DNA of 64,000 nucleotides from Nitrososphaerales archaeon (GCA_965197925.1 CBDAOC010000020.1:160001-224000), one strand, 5' to 3'. Positions 42,030-53,378 are shown, counted from the first letter of the stretch. Notes: generated from the letters alone by a model not told the origin. Numbers and translations: made by a program.

Positions 42030-42485
42030 TCACTTGTTACTTAACTTTTTGATTAATTCCGGATTACCCTTTATTGCTTTAACAAAATTTTCCAGCTTTT
42101 CCAGTGTATCGGGTTCAAGGTAATGCTCGATGCCTTCAGAATCTCTATTTGCTGTTTCTTCGTCAACACCAAGCATGATAAAAAATTCTGCAAGTATATC
42201 GTGGCGCTGGCGCATTCCTTGCGCTACTTCAATGCCCTTGGATGTAAGGTTTATTCCTTTGTACCTTTCATATACTAAATATCCCGTTTCATCTAGTCTT
42301 TGCATCATTTTTGTGACACTTGGTGAGCTAACGTTAAGGTAATCGCAAATATCGCCAGTAGTAGCATATCCCTTTCTTCCCACTAATTCATAAATTACTT
42401 CTAGATAATCTTCCATCCTTCCTGTTCTTGGACCCTGCTTGGAATGGTGAGCAGTTTTTATCGACTCCAGTCTATTACTTTCCAT
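42030..42485 (-). CDS. mntR: DtxR/MntR metal-dependent repressor
   Basis: MEDYLEVIY, SPSVTKM, RHDILAEFF, EGIEH. Confidence 0.9.
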   Translation of the reverse strand: MESNRLESIKTAHHSKQGPRTGRMEDYLEVIYELVGRKGYATTGDICDYLNVSSPSVTKMMQRLDETGYLVYERYKGINLTSKGIEVAQGMRQRHDILAEFFIMLGVDEETANRDSEGIEHYLEPDTLEKLENFVKAIKGNPELIKKLSNK

Positions 42486-42591
42486 ATCAATCAGATTTAT
42501 ATTCTCTATCACCGACTTATATTTCAGACGGTCAAGAAAAAAAATAACAATAATAAGAACAATCATAAGAATAATAATTATGTAATGGGTT

Positions 42592-43383
42592 ATGGATGTG
42601 TTAATCAGTCCTAGTGAGTTAAACAAAAAAATACAGGAGCATGATTTGCTTGTTATAGATACAAGATCATGGAAAGAATATACCGCTGGACATTTACATG
42701 GGGCTGTTAATCTAGATCTGTTTGCCTTTCACTGGGCAGATACATCAAAAGGGGGGATGCGAGCATTCAATAAACAAATGGTTAAATTACTATCAAATGT
42801 TGGTGTTTCATATAACAAATTCATTGTATTTTATGATGATGTATCAGGTAAACTTGCTCCTAGAGGAGTGTGGCTGCTTGAGTATTTTTCCCATGAAAAA
42901 GCAGCCATTTTAGATGGTGGAATTAGAAAATGGATTAGAGATGCGTATGAGGTACAGAGGGAACCTGTATCATACAAACCTAGTGATTTTACCCCTAGAA
43001 TTAATGAAGACGTTCTTGCGACATATAGATGTGTTTTGAATAATATGAATAATGATAAAGTTAAGATCGTTGATACTAGAAGTGTTTCTGAATATTCTGG
43101 GGAGTCGGGTAGAGCTGTAATGGCAGGTCATATACCAGGTGCCATAAACGTCAACTGGGAAGAAAATATTACGAATGATGGTATTTTCAAATCAAATAAT
43201 GAACTGGAGCAATTGTATGAAAAAGTTGGTAAAGATGATGAAGTTCTTCTGTATTGTCAAGGAGGGTATAGGGCTGCCAATACCTATCTAGCTTTGAAGA
43301 AATTGGGGTATAAAAAATTACGTGTATATCTAGGCTCTTGGTACGAATGGGGTAACATGCCTGAACTTCCTGTTGAAAGATAA
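42592..43383 (+). CDS. thiosulfate/3-mercaptopyruvate sulfurtransferase (tandem rhodanese)
   Basis: GHLHGA, LDGG, GHIPGA, YCQGGYRA, YLGSWYEW. Confidence 0.93.
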   Translation: MDVLISPSELNKKIQEHDLLVIDTRSWKEYTAGHLHGAVNLDLFAFHWADTSKGGMRAFNKQMVKLLSNVGVSYNKFIVFYDDVSGKLAPRGVWLLEYFSHEKAAILDGGIRKWIRDAYEVQREPVSYKPSDFTPRINEDVLATYRCVLNNMNNDKVKIVDTRSVSEYSGESGRAVMAGHIPGAINVNWEENITNDGIFKSNNELEQLYEKVGKDDEVLLYCQGGYRAANTYLALKKLGYKKLRVYLGSWYEWGNMPELPVER

Positions 43384-43415
43384 TGTAGAAAACAATAGAG
43401 ATTTCTAATCAAAGA

Positions 43416-43787
43416 TTATAGATCCTTATTGTGTCTTAATTCACAGTGCTTTTCTAAACAACTTTTTGAACAAAACTGGGCATTACAATTTTCATCGTAA
43501 CATGGAAGTGGTTCAGTTTCATTAAATATTGCTCCGCAGTAGGTACAAATTGTTTCCAGTTCTGAATAATTGTAGTTCATATATCTGGAATCACAATTAC
43601 GTTTCTCTTTGAACCACAAAACATCTAGCTTGTGCTTCTCCGCATGTGTAAGGACAGCGTCATATGCTTCATAATACCCTTCTGCTCTGAATTGACGTAT
43701 GAACGATTTGCCTTTTCTTCTGAACGATACAATCCATTTTTCTGTCAGAATCATATCCTCGTCATTCTTGATCGCTTTGTTACTCAT
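43416..43787 (-). CDS. hypothetical protein with C-terminal zinc finger
   Basis: CTYC..C....C...FCSKSCL..H....H. Confidence 0.7.
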   Translation of the reverse strand: MSNKAIKNDEDMILTEKWIVSFRRKGKSFIRQFRAEGYYEAYDAVLTHAEKHKLDVLWFKEKRNCDSRYMNYNYSELETICTYCGAIFNETEPLPCYDENCNAQFCSKSCLEKHCELRHNKDL

Positions 43788-43873
43788 GCATCATCTCCTA
43801 ATAACAGATTAATTGAGCTTCTGGAATATATGTTTCTTCTAGGAACTACCATTGGTTCGTGACATGTAATTAA

Positions 43874-44921
43874 GAGCCTATCCTAAAATTCTAGCTGATA
43901 GTTAACGATTGGTAGAAATGATAACATTTAGAATGCAAGAATATTAGTTCATACTGCTAGGTTTAGTTTTCTTACTATTGATTTTATTAGTATTGTAGAT
44001 AGTAGATACTAGAAACAGTTGCATTAACGTGTTTATGACACTACCAATATATCCCTCTACTCTATTAAGCAGTTAGCAAATTCTACTAGCGCCTGATAAT
44101 TTTCCTTCTTCTTCTCGAACCTTACCAATAACTTTCTGAACCTGTTATGCCAAGATGCGGTTCTTTCTACAACCCATCTCTTTGCTTTGTACAAATTCTT
44201 TTTCAACACTTCACCCTTATGACGAATGTGATCCACATATCCCCTTCCTAACTCCATATTTCATACTCTATCTCAGGGAAATCATATCCTATTCATGCAT
44301 ATGTTCTGTTTAACTTTGGGCCTATCAACAACAATGCTATCTATTGTAGGAAAGGCTGATTTCATATCGTGCTTGTTTGCTCCAGTAATTACAGATGAGA
44401 GAGGAATACCTCTTCTATCAACCAGCATGTGACGTTTGGTACCTAGCTTGCCTCTATCCGTTGGGTTTGCTCCGGCCGTTTTCCCCCTAATGGGGCCTTC
44501 AGTAACGCTATCCATGGATTGCCAGTCCCATCCTATACCCTTCAATTCATCATATATTTCCAGCAGCCTCTTCCATACCTTCTTGAATACTCCTATCCCA
44601 ATCCATTCCTGAAATCTTGCGTGGCAAGTTGAGCCAGAACCAAATTCTTTAGATACTTTCTTCCACTGGCATCCAGTTCTTAATACGTACAGTATTCCAT
44701 TCAACACTTTTCTAAATGGCACAGCTGGCCTTCCAACTGTTCTTGCTGGTTTCCCTGGCGGCAGTACTAGTTTGAACTCTACCCATAGATTGTCTGGTAT
44801 ATGCCATATGGTTGGCATGCTCTTTTTCTTTGATTTTCTCACAAATTTAGCTAGAGAGAACAGATCTAGATCTGTTTCGGTATAAACAATTAGGCTATGA
44901 TGTTAATTTTCGGATAAGCTC
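43874..44921 (-). mobile_element. IS5-family (IS1031-like) element, frameshifted transposase, copy 1
   Basis: IR GAGCCTATCCTAAAATT/AATTTTCGGATAAGCTC, TAA duplication; LRTGCQW, DRGKLGTKRH, RWVVERT. Confidence 0.93.
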
Positions 44922-45079
44922 TAAGTAAAAGTGTTGATGATACTTCCCCTTTCTTTGAGTTGCTTTCTGGAGTTCTTCCTTCACTTTCTATCTGACCCTA
45001 ATAGAATAGGAGAATCTAGTACGCTGATTGTTGCTTATCTGCTATTTGTTATTGTAATTATTATAGAATCGATTTGCTT

Positions 45080-45471
45080 CAACAATGATCTCCTTGAATA
45101 ACTCGATTTGAATCAATCTTTCGGACACTCCATTTACGTAGATTTCTTAACTTCTCTTCCTATCTGAAAGCACGATGCTCATTTTGTAGAACTATGGGTT
45201 CATGTCCACTTTTTTGATGGAAATAGGCGTATAATTTACCAGGCTTATGGAGCATTACTACATTGACGTTTGATTCTACTAGGTATTTTAATGCTTCAGT
45301 AGAAACAGAGTCATTCCATTTGATGATTACATCATCAAATGGACAGGTCCTTACGGGCAGTTCTAAAACATCTCTTTTGTTAGAGAAAGGATCTATTCCT
45401 TGAGAAAATATCAACCTTGTATTCTTCACTTTGATCGAAAGTCCATAACCACGTAAGAACAGGCTTTTCAC
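45080..45471 (-). pseudogene. cas1: stand-alone Cas1 (casposase-like) N-terminal relic 1
   Basis: LFLRGYGLSIKVKN.RLI, VII...SVSTEAL.YL..NVNVV.L...GK, then broken KIDS-IELFK: Cas1 N-terminal signature. Confidence 0.75.
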
Positions 45472-45551
45472 AATAGGATCTAAGGCAATAGTGATCTAAA
45501 GCTTTACGACAGAGCGTCAGATTTCCGTGCGTAAAAGGGGGGATAGTATTT

Positions 45552-47081
45552 TTATTGAGGCTCAATAGTTGCTGGAGGTTTGCTTGAGATAGCATAGGTG
45601 ACCCAGGTCACACTTTCAATTTCGTTACTTATCCTGTTAGATATCTTTTCAAGCAATTCATATGGCAGTCTAGTCCAATCTGCTGTCATAGCGTCAACAG
45701 ACTCTACAACCTTTACAGTGACAATGCTGCCATGTACCCTCTCGTCGCCCAGAACTCCAACCGCTTTGTCATCTCCAACCACTGCAAACGCCTGCCATAT
45801 CTTGTCATACATTTTCGACTTTAAAAGTTCATCTTCAACTATTTTACTGGCTTTTTTACATATATCGATCTTTTCTCTTGTAATTTGCCCAATTATTCGT
45901 ACTGCGAGTCCAGGGCCTGGGAAGGGATGGCGCTTGATCAAGCTTTCAGGTATATCCACTAGTTTACCAACTTCCTTTACCTCATCTTTGTACAAACTAC
46001 GTAACGGTTCTATCACTCTAAAGTTCAGGTCTTTAGGAAGTCCAGCCACGTTGTGGTGTGTTTTTATTAACGAAGCTGGCCCCTTGGAAACGCCGCTCTC
46101 TATCACATCAGGGTAAAGGGTGCCTTGTGCTAACCACTGGACAAGTCTATGTTCATTCGCAACCTCTTCAAATATCCTCCCAAACTCCTCACCAATTATA
46201 ATACGCTTCCTTTCTGGATCAGTTACACCTTTTAATTTCTTTAGAAATCTTTCCTCAGCATCAACATAAATTAGATTGATACCAAAATTATCCTTGAATA
46301 TTTTGATTACTTCCTCCACTTCACCTTCTCTAAGTAACCCATGATTCACAAATACACATAACAGCTTATCTCCAATTGCTTTATGGACTAACAAAGCAGT
46401 AACTGTGGAATCAATACCACCACTAGTAGCACATATAATCGTCTCACTTCCTATCTTTTGCTTAATCTCAGTAACTATTCTATTTACGAAGTCTTTCATA
46501 TCCCATTCTTGTTTTGCCCCGCAAATTTTCAACACAAAATTCTTCAAGACCGCCATTCCTCTTTCCGTATGTGCTACTTCAGGGTGGAATTGTATACCAA
46601 AGATGTTTCTTTCTTTATTGACTATTGCAGCAGCAAATGAACTGCTAGTATGAGCAATGCTTTTGAAGCCATTTGGAAGCTGTTCAGTAGCGTCACCATG
46701 GCTCATCCAGCACCTAATTGTAGAATCTAATCCATTGAAAAGATCTGAAGGATCATCGATTATCAATTCAGCGCTACCATATTCTCTATTTGCCCTTTTG
46801 ATTTTGCCTCCAAATGAATGCACAAGCGTCTGGTGTCCGTAGCATATGCCGAGTATGGGTTTGTCCAGTTCTAATATCCACTTATCACAGATTGGCGCAT
46901 TTTCTTCGTAAACACTTGCAGGTCCTCCAGAGAATATTATTCCCTTTGGTTCCATCAGTTCAAGTGCCTCTGAAGATATATTATATGGAACAAGTTCCGC
47001 GTAGACATTGAATTCCCTTATTCTTCTACAGATCAAGTGTGAGTATTGGGAACCGAAATCTAGAACCACAATTTTATCCAT
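45552..47081 (-). CDS. guaA: GMP synthase (glutamine-hydrolysing)
   Basis: LDFGSQY, GICYG, QFHPEV, SGGIDS, HPFPGPGL, KPPATIE. Confidence 0.98.
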   Translation of the reverse strand: MDKIVVLDFGSQYSHLICRRIREFNVYAELVPYNISSEALELMEPKGIIFSGGPASVYEENAPICDKWILELDKPILGICYGHQTLVHSFGGKIKRANREYGSAELIIDDPSDLFNGLDSTIRCWMSHGDATEQLPNGFKSIAHTSSSFAAAIVNKERNIFGIQFHPEVAHTERGMAVLKNFVLKICGAKQEWDMKDFVNRIVTEIKQKIGSETIICATSGGIDSTVTALLVHKAIGDKLLCVFVNHGLLREGEVEEVIKIFKDNFGINLIYVDAEERFLKKLKGVTDPERKRIIIGEEFGRIFEEVANEHRLVQWLAQGTLYPDVIESGVSKGPASLIKTHHNVAGLPKDLNFRVIEPLRSLYKDEVKEVGKLVDIPESLIKRHPFPGPGLAVRIIGQITREKIDICKKASKIVEDELLKSKMYDKIWQAFAVVGDDKAVGVLGDERVHGSIVTVKVVESVDAMTADWTRLPYELLEKISNRISNEIESVTWVTYAISSKPPATIEPQ

Positions 47082-47086
47082 GACAC

Positions 47087-47638
47087 TTACCCTGTTTTTT
47101 CATGCATCCTTGCAAGTACCCATGCAGCAGTGTTAATAATCTCGTCTAATCTTTCCTTATTCCCGTAATTATTTATCATGATCCTTTGTATCATACCATC
47201 TTCATCATCAATGTAATAATCAATGATCTCACTTTGTTGTAACTCTCCACGCTCAACACGTTCCATATCTTTATCTTTCATTCCCTCGAGTATTCTTTTT
47301 AAGAAGAATGATTGGAACGGAGGAGTGTTAACATTGAATTTCATATCACTTGTAGGTACGATGGCAACTGAATGCGTTGCTGGGTAAGCATTTGCAAGTA
47401 TCATGTTATTTTTACTCTTCAATTGTCTCATATCCGAGGTTTCATATTCCTCTCCCACCTGACGGCTCAGCGCAACTGCTGGTTTGAAACTGACATCTTT
47501 GAGAGTATTATCTATTACAATCAATGTCATCTTTAGTCTCTCAACCTCATCTTCCTTTTCGTTGATCTGTTTAACAAGCCACTCTCTTACTTCTGCTAAA
47601 CGCTTGACTCTATCCTCGGAATAATTCACAGTTTTCAT
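47087..47638 (-). CDS. conserved hypothetical protein
   Basis: Coiled-coil N-terminus, SFKPA, TPPFQSFF, INNYG..ERL; upstream ORF extension looks spurious. Confidence 0.7.
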   Translation of the reverse strand: MKTVNYSEDRVKRLAEVREWLVKQINEKEDEVERLKMTLIVIDNTLKDVSFKPAVALSRQVGEEYETSDMRQLKSKNNMILANAYPATHSVAIVPTSDMKFNVNTPPFQSFFLKRILEGMKDKDMERVERGELQQSEIIDYYIDDEDGMIQRIMINNYGNKERLDEIINTAAWVLARMHEKTG

Positions 47639-48479
47639 AAAGTAATCTTGTATAATAAATTTAATCGGGTACAAGTTATCGTCAATGGATAGGATTATTG
47701 TAGACTTTGGTAGTGTGAGAATGTAAAATGCTGAGCCTGCAAATCGATTTGGTTTGTATCCCCTCCTCAAAACTATGATATCCTGTGTAGAGATATCAAC
47801 ATCAAAGTAACTAAGATCATACTTCCTTGGGAAAGACATCTTTCTAGAAGGAATATAATATGTATCTACCTTACCTCGTTAAAGAGTTAATATTATTATT
47901 TTCTAGAGTAGAACGTTTTGATTACTTTTTTTAGTTAATTATATATGGTCATTAGGTAGGGGTAATGGTATAAGGAAATTACTAGTTTTACTATGATATA
48001 CTATAGGGTACCCAATAAATAAAATAAAGATAAAACAAGTAATCAGAGACAGTAGCATGGTTGGGCGGTTTTTGAGGGTATTACCTATTGCCGCTAAAAG
48101 TGCCATTCAAAAGACGATACCTATTGGGCTAGACTAACATTACATATGATTTTAGGTATCGAATCTAAAATGATGGAAGCTAATTGAGAGGTTGTTGAAG
48201 TAAGATGATTAAATTGACCAGGAGATCGTGGGAAAGATGATTTTAGCAACCAATAGATCGAAGAAAAGGTGAATGCCACGAAAGGGGTTGTCCTCAATAT
48301 TAAATATATGAATAGTAGGTTTATTGGTAAGAAATCTATATGTGAAGAACTAGAAGTCCAATTTATAACGAAATGAAAACAAAACCTTGAATTCAAATAT
48401 AATTGAAAACAGGAGAAAAAAAATAATAAATACAAACAGAGTGTCTAGAGTTCTGGTGATTATCCTACTCACATCGAAA

Positions 48480-49232
48480 TTAGTTCACTTTATCCAGAAT
48501 CTCGATATTGTTTAATGTTATATTCTCGAATCCTATTAATGTGTTGGGTGATATATTGTATAAACGTGCTTTTGAAAATGTTGCCAGCCACTCTAACAAT
48601 TCACGCCCAACATCCATCTTTGTAACCTTTAGTTTTGTATCACCTATTTTTGTTTTTGAGAATTTGCCAATCTTATTTCCAAAGTCCATCCCTATTAATA
48701 CAATATTCATTGCATTGAATTCGCTTGCCAAAAATACTGCACGATCACCATCTGTGAAACCACCAAAGTTATATATTTGATGTAAGGGTTTTACCTGAGT
48801 TGTTCCTATACATCGTTTCATCTTTGGAACCAAATTTCTCAATAGATGCACATTATCTCCATGTGCATGTATGATCATTATAGAGCCCAAGTTATCAGCT
48901 TTTAGCAGATGTTCATGACTTCCGTCCAGATCGGTTACGACTATATCTGGTTTAATATCATTCTCAATAAGCGCCTCTAACGCACTATCGGCAGCTATTA
49001 TGATAAAAGATCTTAGATTCTTAATAGTTTCAATTCCATTTTCTAACGATGGACCAGATCCGACGACTAGAACATTTTTACCCGCAACTAATTCCTTCAA
49101 AATATGTGGGTCAAGACTCTTACTTTCTAATATCTCACTCAATAACTGGGCCGAGCTTTGATCTTCTACAATACTATAGCCAAATTTTGATCGTATCTTG
49201 TCATACCATCGTAGCCATAAATCTACCTGCAT
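48480..49232 (-). CDS. mptE: 6-hydroxymethyl-7,8-dihydropterin pyrophosphokinase (DUF115)
   Basis: GSGPSL, IAADSA, VTDLDG, HAHGDN, GGFTDGDRA. Confidence 0.9.
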   Translation of the reverse strand: MQVDLWLRWYDKIRSKFGYSIVEDQSSAQLLSEILESKSLDPHILKELVAGKNVLVVGSGPSLENGIETIKNLRSFIIIAADSALEALIENDIKPDIVVTDLDGSHEHLLKADNLGSIMIIHAHGDNVHLLRNLVPKMKRCIGTTQVKPLHQIYNFGGFTDGDRAVFLASEFNAMNIVLIGMDFGNKIGKFSKTKIGDTKLKVTKMDVGRELLEWLATFSKARLYNISPNTLIGFENITLNNIEILDKVN

Positions 49233-49507
49233 TTTACGTGATCTACTATTGCTACCAAATAAACTTCTTTACTATACACAATAAATCTATAGGGAACTAA
49301 TAGGAAATGGAACTAGTAAACCTAGATAAAATGAGCTATAGTTAAAGTTTGGCAAATCTGGAACATTTAAATTTTGGATGGTAATGATTTGAATTAGTTT
49401 CTAAAGTACAGATGAAGGGTTGATAAAGAATCGTAAAAAATATCACAAATTTCAAACCCACTGAAGAAATAGCACCGATAATATTACCATATTATCAACG
49501 ATAAGCA

Positions 49508-50371
49508 ATGAAACAATGCTTCCTCGGAAGAGTTCCGATTGATAGGTTAAGAATAATGGGTGTGATCAATGTTAGCCCAGAATCCTTCTACAAAAAGTCC
49601 ATCAAAGTTTCCGCGAAGGAGATTACTAAAACTGCATCTGAAATTGAGGAGCAAGGTGCTGACTTCATAGATATAGGGGCGATGTCCACTGCCCCCTACC
49701 TCAAGACGATGATATCACAAGAAAATGAAATTGAAAGAATCAAGGTTGCAGTACGAGCCACGTTAGATGCATGTAATTTACCCATTTCTGTGGATACGCC
49801 TCGAGCGGCAACAGCAGATACCGCACTTGGTCTTGGGTCTACAATAGTGAATGACGTGACTGGCTTGAAATTTGATGACAACATGTCTAAAATCATTCAT
49901 GACAACGATGCCTCTGTGATACTTTGTGCATACGAAAAATCTATCGTATCAAGAGATGTGGTAAAAGTTACAATAAACACTCTAGAAAGGAGCATACACT
50001 TGGCAAGGGATGCTAACATAGGATCAAGGAAGATTGTTATAGATCCTTCAATTGGTTTTTTCCGGAAGAAGGGTAGTCATCCATTCTTTACTAGAATGTC
50101 AGGGAGTAATTGGTTCGATAGAGATCTAATTTTAATAACTATGTTAAAACGCTTGCACACTCTTCATAAACCCATTTGCATCTCTGTGTCAAGAAAGTCC
50201 TTCATAGGCAAGATTCTAAATCTAAAGAATCCTGATGATAGATTGATCGGATCAGTTACAGCTGAAGCCATCTGTGTTCTTAATGGAGCAAATATAATCA
50301 GGACACATAATGTGAATGAGACCAAACATGCCGTCAAAATAGCACAGTCTTTGTTAGAACATTCAAGATAG
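49508..50371 (+). CDS. folP: dihydropteroate synthase
   Basis: MGVINVSPESF, DIGAMST, DPSIGF, SRKSFIG, RTHNV. Confidence 0.93.
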   Translation: MKQCFLGRVPIDRLRIMGVINVSPESFYKKSIKVSAKEITKTASEIEEQGADFIDIGAMSTAPYLKTMISQENEIERIKVAVRATLDACNLPISVDTPRAATADTALGLGSTIVNDVTGLKFDDNMSKIIHDNDASVILCAYEKSIVSRDVVKVTINTLERSIHLARDANIGSRKIVIDPSIGFFRKKGSHPFFTRMSGSNWFDRDLILITMLKRLHTLHKPICISVSRKSFIGKILNLKNPDDRLIGSVTAEAICVLNGANIIRTHNVNETKHAVKIAQSLLEHSR

Positions 50372-50722
50372 ATTTCCAAAAACTATTAAGATTTCAAATT
50401 GTATTTGATTAATACCAAATTGAAACAAAGACGTCTAAATAATTGTTTTCAGTATTATATAATCAATTGTATTTGTTGGAAGTATAGAAAGGTGTGAAAG
50501 GTCTTTGTTAAAAGGAAATTATTAAATAAGAATACTTTAAACTTTGGAACTCAAAATATAGTTTTACTCAGCATTTTGAGAATATTATTTAGAATTAGAT
50601 TTGAATTTCAAGATTGTCAAGATTGTATCAAGATTTACCTGCTATCATTGAGAATGCACCAAATTTAATTGATCTCAGGATAGATTATAGTTGTTACTTC
50701 TGATTTGTTTGTAAGTAACTTA

Positions 50723-51779
50723 GAGCTTATCCGAAAATTAACATCATAGCCTAATTGTTTATACCGAAACAGATCCAGATCTGTCCTCTCTAGCTAAATT
50801 TGTGAGAAAATCAAAGAAAAAGAGCATGCCAACCATATGGCATATACCAGACAATCTATGGGTAGAGTTCAAACTAGTACTGCCGCCAGGGAAACCAGCA
50901 AGAACAGTTGGAAGGCCAGCTGTGCCATTTAGAAAAGTATTGAATGGAATACTGTACGTATTAAGAACTGGATGCCAGTGGAAGAAAGTATCTAAAGAAT
51001 TTGGTTCTGGCTCAACTTGCCATGCAAGATTTCAGGAATGGATTGGGATAGGAGTATTCAAGAAGGTATGGAAGAGGCTGCTGGAAATATATGATGAATT
51101 GAAGGGTATAGGATGGGACTGGCAATCCATGGATAGCGTTACTGAAGGCCCCATTAGGGGGAAAACGACCGGAGCAAACCCAACGGATAGAGGCAAGCTA
51201 GGTACCAAACGTCACATGCTGGTTGATAGAAGAGGAGTACCTCTCTCATCTGTAATTACTGGAGCAAATAAACACGATATGAAATCAGCCTTTCCTACAA
51301 TAGATAGCATTGTTGTTGATAGGCCCAAAGTTAAACAGAACATATGCATGAATAGGATATGATTTTCCAGAGATAGAGTATGGAGTATGAAATATGGAGT
51401 TAGGAAGGGGATATGTGGATCACATTCGTCATAAGGGTGAAGTGTTGAAAAAGAATTTATACAAAGCAAAGAGATGGGTTGTAGAAAGAACCGCATCTTG
51501 GCATAACAGGTTCAGAAAGTTATTGGTAAGGTTCGAGAAGAGAGAGGAAAATTATCAGGCGCTAGTAGAATTTGCTAACTGCCTAATAATATACAGAGCG
51601 ATATATTGGTAGTGTCATAAACACGTTAATGCAACTGTTTCTAGTATCTACTATCTACAATACTAATAAAATCAATAGTAAGAAAACTAAACCTGACAGT
51701 ATGAACTAATATTCTTGCATTCTAAATGTTATCATTTCTACCAATCATTAACTATCAGCTAGAATTTTAGGATAGGCTC
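50723..51779 (+). mobile_element. IS5-family (IS1031-like) element, copy 2
   Basis: Near-identical inverted copy of 43874-44921; TTA duplication; same frame breaks. Confidence 0.93.
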
Positions 51780-52042
51780 TTAGCTAAACGTCCTGTACAA
51801 ATGATGAATGTTTAATATTATGTGGAGTGTTGCAATATCCAAATTTCATCACAATGAAGATTTCTGAGTCTGGATTTAACTCGATGTTTTCACATAAATT
51901 TCAAAGCCTTTATTACCTTCAATTTGTTGATTTAACCCTGATCTTGGAGTACGGCTTGTCAAGAGGAATTATAAAGTCAATCATAATTCCCATCCAAATT
52001 CATCCATCTTAGAAAGTGTGATAAGGAGATGAAATTTAGGGA

Positions 52043-52585
52043 TTGCATAAAAAATTATTAGAAATTGAATCTTATCCCCCTTCTGAGGATACGTTTTTTT
52101 TGGCTGACTATATTAAAAATGCAAAAGGCCGATCTGCATTAGAAGTTGGTACTGGTTCTGGTTATTTGGCTGATCTATTAGCAAAATCATTTTCTTTTGT
52201 CGTAGCTACCGATATAAATTTCAATTTCTTAAAAAAACAAAACTACTATACGTTCAATAATATTTGCTGTAACGGAGCTGATTCCCTAAACTATCAGTTT
52301 GACCTTGTAATTTGCAATATGCCCTATCTAAATACTGATGAAATATTGGACGTCAGAACAGACGGTGGAAAAGAAGGATTAGAAATTCCGATGAATATTA
52401 TCAACTCAGTTAAATCACGAATAAAACTAGATGGGAAATTAATCTATATCACTTCGTCACTCTCTAATTATAAAAAATTAATTGCCTTTACCGAACTTGA
52501 AGGTTTCAATGTAAGTATTGGTGCAAGAAAGAAATTGTTTTTTGAAGATTTGATACTTGTTGACGCAACCAGATTAGATTCTTAA
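52043..52585 (+). CDS. HemK2/PrmC-like SAM methyltransferase
   Basis: YPPSEDT, LEVGTGSG, NMPY, DGGKEG. Confidence 0.85.
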   Translation: MHKKLLEIESYPPSEDTFFLADYIKNAKGRSALEVGTGSGYLADLLAKSFSFVVATDINFNFLKKQNYYTFNNICCNGADSLNYQFDLVICNMPYLNTDEILDVRTDGGKEGLEIPMNIINSVKSRIKLDGKLIYITSSLSNYKKLIAFTELEGFNVSIGARKKLFFEDLILVDATRLDS

Positions 52586-52854
52586 GTTTTCTTTTCCAAT
52601 CATAGTTGTTACATCTACTATCTGAGACGTGTTATCGTTTACACCAAAATCAAAATGATTGTTTATACTTTTTTGATTATATGTTCGGCACCTGAAGGGA
52701 TTGCATCTTTTATCTGAGGCTCTCCAAAATATTCACCCACACAAGCTCCAGCAAGAATATTTGTCGTTAGATTAACTTCGTCCTACCAATTGAATATATT
52801 ACTTCCGAAAGATTTAGATCATTGTCTTCCTATACTCTTCATGACCTACGATGG

Positions 52855-53235
52855 GTTGCATTAAGGAACTCTATCCGTGAAACAATGGTTCAGAATTTAT
52901 CCATTTCTTGAGATAATCCACATTTATTTTATTCCTAAAAATGTCGTATTGATGACATAGTATTACTGATTCATGTCCTCCAATCTAATGGAGGTGATAA
53001 ATTATCCATCTCATACAATATTACTAAATTGATATTCGATTCAGTTAGATAATGCAAAGCTTCTATGAAAGCTAGCCTGCCTTGTATCAATAACTTATCA
53101 AATGGACAAGGACCTAACAGTGAGCATCATTTTTTTTCTATTATTAGATATGGGATGTATTCTTGAGAGTCCTAAACTTGTATTTTTTAATTTAATTGAC
53201 AGGCCATACCCATTTACGAATAGACCCTTCGCCAC
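52855..53235 (-). pseudogene. cas1: stand-alone Cas1 (casposase-like) N-terminal relic 2
   Basis: Broken frames KGLFVNGYGLSIKLKNT..CPFDKLLIQG..EALHYLTESNINLVIL..GGHESVIL.HQYDIFRN..IVSRIEFL, colinear with relic 1; absent from the ORF track. Confidence 0.72.
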
Positions 53236-53378
53236 GTATTATTCGTTTTAATGATCTACAGCTTTAAAACGAGGGATCAGATTTCCATGCGCAAGTGGGG
53301 ACATCACTTTTGCTGAACCTCAATAAAGAGATTAATTCTCATGACGAATTTCTTTCAACTTTAATGGGCTAATTAGTA

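Noticed and set aside
43874..51779. Composite transposon
   Set aside because: Each IS has its own TAA/TTA duplication and the cargo is core metabolism.
44922..53325. One intact casposon spanning both cas1 relics
   Set aside because: The end motifs are in direct rather than inverted orientation, the interior is housekeeping genes, and there is no PolB.
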